Shown: piece by piece, positions 1 to 7,501 of the stretch
Position numbering within the stretch: the first letter of the stretch is position 1
How the letters are laid out: each line of letters starts with the position of its first letter
Assembly (NCBI GenBank): GCA_964618155.1
Contig: CAZUAD010000003.1
Coordinates: 1-37,810, forward strand
Direction: 5' to 3'
DNA length: 37,810 nucleotides
DNA from: an uncultured Desulfurococcaceae archaeon
GTDB lineage: Archaea > Thermoproteota > Thermoprotei_A > Sulfolobales > NBVN01
Position numbers and translations under genes: made by a program
Notes under the pieces: model-generated
Seen by the model: only the letters and a program-made list of their open reading frames with translations
The model's database searches: none
Told to the model about the DNA's origin: nothing

Positions 1-195
1 GTAGAGGGCATAACCTACAGTTCCTTATGTCATTAACTATTCTAATCCAAACCTCATGCTTACTCTGCATGTGCTACGCCAAAACAATATCGTAGCAAGA
101 CATATATCCTATAAACCTAAATAGTGGGTAAGCTAATTGCTACCTAAGTTAAGCTTTTAAGCAATAGTTAAGTACTTGAGGGTAGAGGGAGGTTT

Positions 196-414
196 ATGGG
201 GCTTAAGAAGGGTAAGTATGTGTACATTAAGTTAGGGGAGGATAGGTACGTTAAGGTTAGGGTGTTTAAGGGAAGAGCTGAAAACGTTCCTGATAAGTAC
301 GTAGTTGTAGGTCCTATAGTTAAAAGACCTCCACTTACAGCTAGGGTGATCGATATACTAGAATTACCTAAGGACGTAGCCGACAAGATATTAAACGATA
401 TATACTTAAGTTAA
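196..414 (+). CDS. hypothetical small basic protein (72 aa)
   Basis: The ORF has GGAGGT about 6 nt upstream of the ATG. It is Lys/Val/Arg-rich and I recognise no family. The overlapping minus ORF 168..386 is Ser/Thr/Leu low-complexity and looks like antisense noise. Confidence 0.45.
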   Translation: MGLKKGKYVYIKLGEDRYVKVRVFKGRAENVPDKYVVVGPIVKRPPLTARVIDILELPKDVADKILNDIYLS

Positions 415-431
415 AAGTGTGATTATCGTAA

Positions 432-767
432 TTACTTTGCAGCCGATGATGCTGTAGTACCTTTACTGGGTACTGCTATTATCAGGTCCCTACTCTTATC
501 TATAACATTTAATACTCCCTTCTCTATCATCATCTTAATTAGCTTCCTTGCTACTGATACCTTAATGCTTAAGGCAGATGCTAGTACTGATGGTGTTACT
601 AAATCCAAGTTCTTTACCGTTCTTTCAGCCCTCCTTATAAGTGAATCATCAATTAATGATGGTAATGTCTTCCTTTCCTCTCTTTGAACCTTTCTTAACG
701 CCCTTAACTCCTTCTTACGCTGTTTATCTAAAGCTGATAACGGCTTCTTGGGTTTTCCGCCACCCAT
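432..767 (-). CDS. rps25e: 30S ribosomal protein S25e
   Basis: It has an N-terminal MGGGKPKKPLS..KQRKKE basic tail followed by a winged-helix-like core (VTPSVLASALSIKVSVARKLIKMMIEKGVL), typical of S25e. The ATG at 767 is preferred over the TTG at 779. Confidence 0.8.
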   Translation of the reverse strand: MGGGKPKKPLSALDKQRKKELRALRKVQREERKTLPSLIDDSLIRRAERTVKNLDLVTPSVLASALSIKVSVARKLIKMMIEKGVLNVIDKSRDLIIAVPSKGTTASSAAK

Positions 768-906
768 GCATTCACCCAAATCTTAAGGTTAAGGGGAAAC
801 TTAAACTTTAAAGTAATGCTAAGGTATTTACCGTAGTGACACCAGCTAGAGACTTGTAGGTCTTTTAAGCTTATTCTATAGCTTAAGTATTGTACTGGTG
901 AGGATC

Positions 907-1131
907 ATGAGGTTAGTAACAGTTAAGATACCTGAGATTTACCTTGAGGGAATAGATGAGCTTGTTAAGTTAGGCAGGTACTCAAGTAGATCAGAGGTAA
1001 TAAGAACTGCAATAAGGGACTTACTCAGAAGGGAGTTATGGCTAGCTAAGACTGAGAGGGAGGTTAAGCCACCTATAGAATTTCCTAACTTTATAAGAAG
1101 GTACACGATTAAGAGAATAAGAATTTCCTAA
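907..1131 (+). CDS. ribbon-helix-helix (CopG/Arc/MetJ-type) DNA-binding protein
   Basis: [39 protein letters not shown] matches the beta-strand/helix/helix pattern of RHH regulators. An alternative GTG start lies at 898. Confidence 0.65.
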   Translation: MRLVTVKIPEIYLEGIDELVKLGRYSSRSEVIRTAIRDLLRRELWLAKTEREVKPPIEFPNFIRRYTIKRIRIS

Positions 1132-1215
1132 CTTGATTACATTATTAGGTACTATCCTCTAATCTTTTATTAACCTTTAAGAACACTTTCTCTTAGGCGA
1201 TGAGGAGGGCTGGTA

Positions 1216-2016
1216 TTGCTGAATAGTGAGGAAAGGCACCAGAGCCGAGCCTTAATCTCTGAAGGTGATGACGTTCTAATATATATTGATGAGAGAAGAC
1301 ATAAGGTGGTTAAGGTTAGGAGAGGCTTTACGTTTAACTCTGATAAGGGTGTATTGAAGCATGATGAAATAATAGGTAGGAGATGGGGTGATGAGGTAAG
1401 GCTAAGTACTGGCGCTAAGGCCTACCTACTAAGACCGCTATTCATAGACTATTTAGAGCACGTATTTAAGCGTGTAACGCAAGTAATATACCCTAAGGAT
1501 TTAGGTTTCATAATACTTCTAGGAAGTGTTGGACCAGGGTCCAAGGTTTTAGAAGGAGGTGTAGGGACGGGTTACTTAACAGCTACGCTAGCTAATCTTG
1601 TTGGTGATGAGGGACATGTGTATGCGTATGAGGTTAGAGAAGAATTTGCTGAAGTAGCTAAGAGGAACTTAAAGAGGCTAGGTCTTGATAGTAGAGTTAC
1701 TATAAAGGTAGGTGATGTACGTAAGGATGTTAAAGAGAGTAATCTTGACACAGCATTCCTTGACATACCGGATCCATGGAACGCCTTAACAACATTAAAA
1801 AAGGCATTAAAACCTTCATCACCAGCTATCTGCTTCTTACCAACAATAAATCAAGTAATAAAGCTACTTAATGCGTTAAAGGTAAGGAATGATGTTATAG
1901 ACATTAGAATTTACGAGACGATGTTACGAGAATATACTCTAGACCCTGAGGCATTAAGACCTAAAACAACAATGATAGCCCATACAGGTTACATAGTGTT
2001 CTTTAGAATTATATAA
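1216..2016 (+). CDS. trmI: tRNA (adenine57/58-N1)-methyltransferase TrmI (GCD14 family)
   Basis: It resembles archaeal TrmI along its full length. The SAM motif is LEGGVGTGYLTATLA, and it also has FLDIPDPW and a C-terminal RPKTTMIAHTGYIVFFR. It uses a TTG start; no in-frame ATG is nearby. Confidence 0.85.
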   Translation: MLNSEERHQSRALISEGDDVLIYIDERRHKVVKVRRGFTFNSDKGVLKHDEIIGRRWGDEVRLSTGAKAYLLRPLFIDYLEHVFKRVTQVIYPKDLGFIILLGSVGPGSKVLEGGVGTGYLTATLANLVGDEGHVYAYEVREEFAEVAKRNLKRLGLDSRVTIKVGDVRKDVKESNLDTAFLDIPDPWNALTTLKKALKPSSPAICFLPTINQVIKLLNALKVRNDVIDIRIYETMLREYTLDPEALRPKTTMIAHTGYIVFFRII

Positions 2017-2075
2017 TAACCTCTAACTATAATCTTTAACACTAATTAGGATTACAATACGATTATGTTGTTCCT

Positions 2076-2134
2076 GAGATATCAGCTCGGGGAGTTTCAA
2101 TCACTGATCATCCCGTCTTGAATTCATCATTCCC
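2076..2134 (-). ncRNA. candidate C/D box sRNA (2'-O-methylation guide)
   Basis: The minus strand reads GGGA-AUGAUGA(C)-AUUCAAGACGGG(12)-AUGA(D')-UCA-GUGAUUG(C')-AAACUCCCCGAG(12)-CUGA(D)-UAUCUC. This is the canonical archaeal 7-12-4-3-7-12-4 layout, located in a convergent intergenic region. The C' and D' boxes are degenerate. Confidence 0.4.
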
Positions 2135-2215
2135 AATACTAAATCACTAAGAAGGCTTTAAGGTTGCTTGAGGTTATGAGGTGAAATAATGGTGAAAAAT
2201 AATAAGGCGTTAATG

Positions 2216-3145
2216 TTAGATTAACCATTCACCATCCTTTATGATTATCTTACGATCAACGTATACCGTAGGTTTAGTTATTATTCCGTCGATGTGGATA
2301 CCTGCCTTCACCTTGCCTCCTATTGTACTATTATCTCCGAAGGCTATGTGTATGGTCTTATATACTTTTTCATCCATTAATATGTTACCTACAATCTTAG
2401 CCCCAGGATTAGTTCCTATTCCAAACTCAGCTATGTTGAATGCCTCCTTCTTACCTACGGATGCAAGTAGCTTCTCTAGCTTCTTAGCCTCATCACCACC
2501 TTCAAACTTAATGGCATAACCATCCTTAACAGTTACCTTAACGGGAGTCTTTAGTGTTCCGATACCTGCTATAGCGCCATCAAATACTATAACGCCATTA
2601 GCTGTTCCTTCAATTGGGGCTATGAAGACTTCACCAGCGGGTAAGTTACCGAAGGCTCCTCTTTCAGTTAATATTCCAGTATCTGCTATAAAATTCCTAC
2701 CCTCAACTATGAACTTAATGTCCGTACCCAAAGGTGAAGTAACTCTAATTTCCTTAGCTCCTTTAAGAGCCCTTAACATCTTATCGCAGTTCTCTTTAAC
2801 AACACTATAATCAATGCTCATACCGCCAATAAATATGTCGACACTAATCATAGGCATCGTGGCTCCTCTAGCACCAGCTTCAGTTGCCTTCTTCCTTGCT
2901 TGGGTATGCGTTAAACTGTACTTTGTAGGTGCTACAAAGACGTCAACTTTAGGCCACATAACAGCTATAGGTTCTAGGGGTTCTTCGCCATGCCTTGTTC
3001 GAGGCTTCATAACTACATACATGGTTTCGGCTCCGATATCCCATCTAACTTGCTGAGATATCCATAATAATAATGTTAGTATTAGGGATAGTAACATTAG
3101 GATTAGCACCTTCAACAGGCAACTACAGAGGCTTCTACCTTTCAA
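2216..3145 (-). CDS. M29-family (AmpS/PepS-like) aminopeptidase, 5' end uncertain
   Basis: Recognised motifs are GNLPAGEVFIAPIEG, FGIGTNPGAKIVGNILMDEKVYKTIHIAFGDN and GIHIDGIITKPTVYVD. The first ~40 codons after a TTG start are a hydrophobic stretch atypical for the family. An internal ATG at 3022 is an alternative start. Confidence 0.7.
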   Translation of the reverse strand: MKGRSLCSCLLKVLILMLLSLILTLLLWISQQVRWDIGAETMYVVMKPRTRHGEEPLEPIAVMWPKVDVFVAPTKYSLTHTQARKKATEAGARGATMPMISVDIFIGGMSIDYSVVKENCDKMLRALKGAKEIRVTSPLGTDIKFIVEGRNFIADTGILTERGAFGNLPAGEVFIAPIEGTANGVIVFDGAIAGIGTLKTPVKVTVKDGYAIKFEGGDEAKKLEKLLASVGKKEAFNIAEFGIGTNPGAKIVGNILMDEKVYKTIHIAFGDNSTIGGKVKAGIHIDGIITKPTVYVDRKIIIKDGEWLI

Positions 3146-3428
3146 TATTCTTAGGTGGAGTTATAGTTGCGGTATCAGTAATATACTTACCCATAGTACA
3201 TACTAGAAAAGTTGAGAACATTAAGGAGGTAGCAGTACCTGCAATTCAAAGCTTATAGGTATCAACATCTACGGGCCTAGGTTATGTTGTAACGGCCTTA
3301 GCACCATATTTCCAGATAGTACTACCCGTAGCAATTGCACTCTTCATAATAGGATGGATAATGCTTATATATGGCTCCTATGCATTACTAAGACTAAGTA
3401 AGGAAGCTAAAGTACCTCTAGCTGTATA
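3073..3428 (+). pseudogene. multi-pass membrane protein ORF interrupted by an in-frame TAG (3256-3258)
   Basis: The 61-aa ORF 3073..3258 continues in the same frame after the TAG as VSTSTGLGYVVTALAPYFQIVLPVAIALFIIGWIMLIYGSYALLRLSKEAKVPLAV*. Both halves are TM-helix-like. I recognise no family. Confidence 0.3.
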
Positions 3429-3706
3429 AGAGCCTATAATAATAACACAAATTATTTTTTATATTTAATTAAGGATATTCTAAATTAAGAGTTTAATCTA
3501 TAAGTCTCAATATTGTATTAATGTTTATAATGATAGCTAATGAGGTGAGCGTACGATAACTTCTCAATGCAAGGATGTCTATTGACCAGGAAATATCGAA
3601 GAAGTAAAGGAGGCAAGCCACTAAGATAAGCCTCAAGTGAGTATAGAGGAGCCTTTTAATTAAGGTAAAGATGAGGTCAAGTGAAACTAAAGTATAATAT
3701 CTAAGG

Positions 3707-3898
3707 TTATCTTAGACTAAGCATTTTAAATCTCCTCGTTAAAATAAGAAGCATGATTATGAAGAGTAATAAAAGCATCATGCCTAAGAGGTTAACTATA
3801 AATGATGGACTACCAGGTTTTAGGTAAGGAAGCGCTATGAGTGATAGTACTAGGAATGACAGTGCAATTATTAAGTATAGCTTATAAATATTCTCCAT
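3707..3898 (-). CDS. hypothetical small membrane protein (63 aa from MENIYKLY)
   Basis: It has two strongly hydrophobic segments and I recognise no homology. It could be non-coding. Confidence 0.3.
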   Translation of the reverse strand: MENIYKLYLIIALSFLVLSLIALPYLKPGSPSFIVNLLGMMLLLLFIIMLLILTRRFKMLSLR

Positions 3899-3902
3899 GA
3901 GA

Positions 3903-4460
3903 TCACCTCTTAATATAAAGCCAGCAAGCAACGTAATGCTGGCTCTTAACTTCTATGAGTAGAGGCTCCTCCTTCGCACATCTACTCATGTAATAAGGAC
4001 ATCTTGTATGAAACTTACATCTGGGAGGCAGGTTTAAGGGGCTTGGGATATCAAGGCTTCTTAGTTTTAATGGCTTCTTCTTACGCGAGATTTCAGGATC
4101 AGGTACTGGTACAGCGGAGAGTAGTGCTTGAGTATATGGGTGTAATGGATTAAATACTACCTCTTCTGCAGGACCCATCTCTATTATCTTACCTAAGTAC
4201 ATAATAGCAATCTTACCACCTCCTTTAGCGCTAAAATATCTTGTAGCACCAAAGTCATGCGTTATAAAGAGGTAGGCAGTACCTAATCTCTTCCTTAAGT
4301 CAAGTATCCCTAATCGTAAGGATGCATCAATCATTGTTATAGGTTCATCAGCAACTATGACCTTAGGATTAACGCTTATAGCTCTCGGTATAGTTATGAG
4401 GCTTTGATAAGCCTCAAATAAGGAAATGTGGGTGCCTTTATACTTAACGTTTTCTGGCAT
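3903..4460 (-). pseudogene. 5'-truncated, eroded Opp/Dpp-type ABC ATPase (C-terminal ~185 aa only)
   Basis: It retains Walker B (KVIVADEP), the H-loop (FITHD) and the OppD/F C-terminal domain (NPLHPYTQALLSAVP, CKFHTRCPY...HYVACW). It lacks Walker A entirely, and the LSGGQ signature position reads LFEAY. Confidence 0.75.
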
Positions 4461-4871
4461 GCCTCATTACCTATACTAGCATGGGTAATAACACACATAG
4501 GTGGTTGGGCATTAGGTATGAGGGGTAGTACCATAGGTGTTCTAGGTGAGGGCTTCATAACCTACGCTAAGGCTAGAGGATTACCTGAAAGGAGAATAGT
4601 CACGAGGTACGTAGGTAAAAATGCTATCTTACCTCTCTTTACCTCATTCATGCTTAGCATAGGCTTCATGTTTGGTGGCTCCATAATAGTAGGGAACATG
4701 TTCTCTTACCAAGGCATTGGTTTAACATTATACCAGGCTATACAGAAGAGGGATTGGTTCTTAAAGTTGGGGGCTTTCAACATAATAGTTATAGCTGTCG
4801 TACTAGGTGCCCTCGTAGCTGATTTGCTCTATGGTTTCTTAGATCCAAGAGTTAGGAGGGGTGCGGCTTGA
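4428..4871 (+). pseudogene. 5'-truncated DppB/OppB-type ABC permease (C-terminal ~140 aa only)
   Basis: It aligns by eye with residues ~195-336 of the intact paralogue at 10954..11964 (H..LP, YAKARGLPERRIV..NAILPLFT, LDPRVR). The N-terminal ~190 aa are absent. Confidence 0.75.
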
Positions 4872-5731
4872 GGGAGTCTTTAAAATATTTCGTAGGGAAC
4901 TGGATCATAATACCTGGGAAGATACTTATAAGGAAAAGGAATAAGAAGGCATTGATAGGCTTTATAGTAGTCATAGGCTACATACTCACGGCTTCGATAG
5001 GCCCTGAAATCACCCCCTATCCCAGGTCTTACCTCTATCCTAAATACATAAAGCCTACAATACTTAAGTGGCCCCCCTCATTAGAGTACCCACTGGGTAC
5101 TGACTACTTCGGAGCCGACATATGGTCTAAGATAGTATGGGGTTCAAGAACCGTCTTGATCATAGCATTTACCGCAGGTGTCATAACAACACTAGTAGGA
5201 GTTACCATAGGTCTTGTATCAGGGTTCTTAGGAGGTATTGCCGACATGATCCTCATGGGGATTACCGATATACTTATGACAATTCCAGGTCTACCGCTGC
5301 TCATAGTACTTGCAACACTCATTAGGACTTCAGACCCGATAGTTGTTGGTATGATCTTAAGTGTTAACGCATGGACAGGGCTTGCGAGAAGTATTAGGTC
5401 TTCAGTATTAGCATTAAAGAATACGGAATTCGTTGGGGCTGCTAAAGCCTTAGGTCTACCTATGTGGCATATAGTGTTTAGGGAGATAATGCCTAATCTA
5501 ATGAGCTTTATAGCCGTTAACTTCATATTTGCTACAATAGGGGCGATCTATGGTTCTGTAGGATTATTCTTCCTAGGCATACTTCCATTTACAGCATTTA
5601 ATTGGGGAATTATGTTGAACATGGCCTATACTCAAGCAGGTGCCCACCATAGTATTGAGACGATACATTACATATTAGCACCTATAGGAGCTATAGTGGG
5701 TTTACAATTAGGTTTACTCCTCTTCTCCTAG
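4868..5731 (+). CDS. DppC/OppC-type ABC permease (orphan, apparently full length)
   Basis: Recognised motifs are LGTDYFGADIWSKIVWGSRT and EFVGAAKALGLPMWHIVFREIMPNLM (EAA loop). The TTG start overlaps the stop of the upstream fragment. No ATPase or binding-protein partner is intact nearby. Confidence 0.7.
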   Translation: MRESLKYFVGNWIIIPGKILIRKRNKKALIGFIVVIGYILTASIGPEITPYPRSYLYPKYIKPTILKWPPSLEYPLGTDYFGADIWSKIVWGSRTVLIIAFTAGVITTLVGVTIGLVSGFLGGIADMILMGITDILMTIPGLPLLIVLATLIRTSDPIVVGMILSVNAWTGLARSIRSSVLALKNTEFVGAAKALGLPMWHIVFREIMPNLMSFIAVNFIFATIGAIYGSVGLFFLGILPFTAFNWGIMLNMAYTQAGAHHSIETIHYILAPIGAIVGLQLGLLLFS

Positions 5732-5814
5732 ATTAAGAACTGAAGTACGTTAACCAATATGGTACTAGCAGAATCTTAATCTTTATGTTAAGCAGTTAAG
5801 GTAATGAAGCTAAC

Positions 5815-5823
5815 CTTTATATA
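5815..5823 (+). promoter_or_regulatory. TATA-box-like element (ctttatata) for the ybjQ operon
   Basis: This A/T element lies about 33 nt upstream of the ATG at 5856, consistent with an archaeal promoter and a short or absent leader. Confidence 0.35.
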
Positions 5824-5841
5824 CCTCGGACCCCGAGGTAT
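5821..5841. promoter_or_regulatory. perfect 9-3-9 palindrome ATACCTCGG-ACC-CCGAGGTAT, candidate operator
   Basis: It was read directly from the sequence. It is a GC-rich inverted repeat between the TATA-like element and the first start codon of an operon that encodes a PadR regulator. Confidence 0.35.
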
Positions 5842-5855
5842 TAAATGGGATCTGA

Positions 5856-6194
5856 ATGGAGGGTCATGAGATACTGCTTTCAACTACCGAGAATATTCCT
5901 GGGTATAAGATAATTAAGGTCTTAGGAATTGTCATGGGGAGTGCTGTAAGAGCTAGGCATATTGGTAGAGATATCGTTGCTTCACTTAGGAATATCGTAG
6001 GTGGTGAGGTGAGGGAATATACGGAGCTATTAGCTCAAGCGAGGAACATAGCTATAGAGAGAATGATTAAGAGAGCTAAGGAAATGGGAGCTAATGCTGT
6101 AATAGGGGTAAGGTTCTCAACCGCGAACATAATGGGGGGTGCTGCTGAGGTATTAGCTTATGGTACAGCCGTAGTTGTTAAGAAGGTGGAGTAA
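5856..6194 (+). CDS. YbjQ/UPF0145 family protein
   Basis: TTENIPGYKIIKVLGIVMGSAVRARHIGRDI...GANAVIGVRF...EVLAYGTAV is the characteristic YbjQ (DUF74) pattern. Confidence 0.85.
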   Translation: MEGHEILLSTTENIPGYKIIKVLGIVMGSAVRARHIGRDIVASLRNIVGGEVREYTELLAQARNIAIERMIKRAKEMGANAVIGVRFSTANIMGGAAEVLAYGTAVVVKKVE

Positions 6195-7148
6195 TTGCCT
6201 AGAATTACGAACCCAGTACTGCAGCTAATATTATTTTTAACTGTAGCATTCGGCTTAGCTTACCTAATCGATGGAACACTCATAATACCCCTAGCTAGCT
6301 ACCCATTACTAGTACCTCAAGGGGTAAGTAATGAAGCTAGCTATTTATATTGGTTTATAGGGCTCATCATTAGAATGTATACACCCTTTCTAGGGGTAGT
6401 TGCTGTAGCTAAATTAGGCGATATAGGTATTAAGAAGGCATTGATAGGTTACGGTGTTAGGGGAGGAAATGTAGAGTATATCTTAGTAGCTATCTCGATA
6501 CCATATATGATATACGGTCTCTCGGTTCTGTACGCTAAGATAGTAGGTTATCCGATTACTAACCCCTTAAGGCTGATGCCTAGGAGTGGATTATTAGGTC
6601 CCATAGACCCTAACATACTCCTCGTAATAGTCCTTGCTGCATCAGCACTAAGTGGTGCAACAATAAATGCACTAGCCGCATTTGGAGAGGAGATAGGTTG
6701 GAGAGGGTTCCTACTACATACTTTAAGTCTTAAGCTAAGCTTCTACCCAGCATCCATTGCTGTAGGAGTTATATGGGCCTTATGGCATGCACCTCTAATA
6801 GTGTTTATGGGCTTTAACTATCCCCACCATCCCGATGTGGTAGGAATTACTATGTTTATACTCGTGTGTAGCGTATGGAGCATCATATTATCTCAACTAA
6901 GGGTTTTAGGTGAAAGCATAATACCTCCATCAGTAATGCATGGTGTGATAAATGCTATAGGGAGCCTTATGCTATTCACAATACCGACCATAGATGAGAT
7001 TTACTCATCACCTGTAGGTTTACTAGGTATTATGTCATCAGCTACAGTAGCCTTAATAATAGCATTATTGATGAGAGCTAAAGGTAAGAGCTTAAGGGTT
7101 AAATTCTATGCAAGTACTGAGGATACTACGGAGGATTTTGAGTATTAA
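6195..7148 (+). CDS. CPBP (CAAX/Abi) family intramembrane glutamic endopeptidase
   Basis: It is a polytopic membrane protein with the three CPBP motifs: EEIGWR (EExxxR), WALWH (FxxxH-type) and HGVIN (HxxxN). The TTG start immediately follows the ybjQ stop. Confidence 0.8.
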   Translation: MPRITNPVLQLILFLTVAFGLAYLIDGTLIIPLASYPLLVPQGVSNEASYLYWFIGLIIRMYTPFLGVVAVAKLGDIGIKKALIGYGVRGGNVEYILVAISIPYMIYGLSVLYAKIVGYPITNPLRLMPRSGLLGPIDPNILLVIVLAASALSGATINALAAFGEEIGWRGFLLHTLSLKLSFYPASIAVGVIWALWHAPLIVFMGFNYPHHPDVVGITMFILVCSVWSIILSQLRVLGESIIPPSVMHGVINAIGSLMLFTIPTIDEIYSSPVGLLGIMSSATVALIIALLMRAKGKSLRVKFYASTEDTTEDFEY

Positions 7149-7501
7149 TGAGTGAAGGTAAGATAGTAGAGAAGATATTAAGGGATCTACGCATAGGGAT
7201 TTACCAATTGCTAATAATTAAAATACTTCTTGAAAAGGGACCCCTGCACGGCTATGCCATAAGAAAGACTATAGAGGAGTTAAGTAATGGGAGGTTAAGA
7301 CCTAGTGAGAGCACAATATACGATACATTAAAGAAGCTTGAAAAGCTGAGGATTGTTGAGAGCTTTTGGGGACATAGCCCCTTTGGAGGGCCTATGCGTA
7401 AGTACTATAAAGTGAAAGATTTAGGTAAGAAGGTACTTGAGGACACATTAAAGGAGTTTTCTCAAATCTATAAGTTAATTATGGGATGGGATATTGAATA
7501 G
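7148..7501 (+). CDS. PadR family transcriptional regulator
   Basis: It has a winged-HTH pattern: GPLHGYAIRKTIEEL..RPSESTIYDTLKKLEKLRIVES...RKYYKVKDLGKKVLE. The ATG overlaps the CPBP stop (TAATG). Confidence 0.85.
   Translation: MSEGKIVEKILRDLRIGIYQLLIIKILLEKGPLHGYAIRKTIEELSNGRLRPSESTIYDTLKKLEKLRIVESFWGHSPFGGPMRKYYKVKDLGKKVLEDTLKEFSQIYKLIMGWDIE

Noticed and set aside
1-195. Possible gene end or RNA at the window start, including the motif gtagaggg recurring at 1 and 182.
   Set aside because: Frame 1 closes after 11 codons, so any upstream gene cannot be identified. The 8-nt recurrence is trivial, and no box motifs or GC-rich structure were seen.
168-386. A minus-strand 72-aa ORF overlapping 196..414.
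   Set aside because: Its Ser/Thr/Leu/Pro-rich low-complexity translation has no start context. The plus-strand ORF has a GGAGGT ribosome-binding-like signal and a more protein-like sequence.
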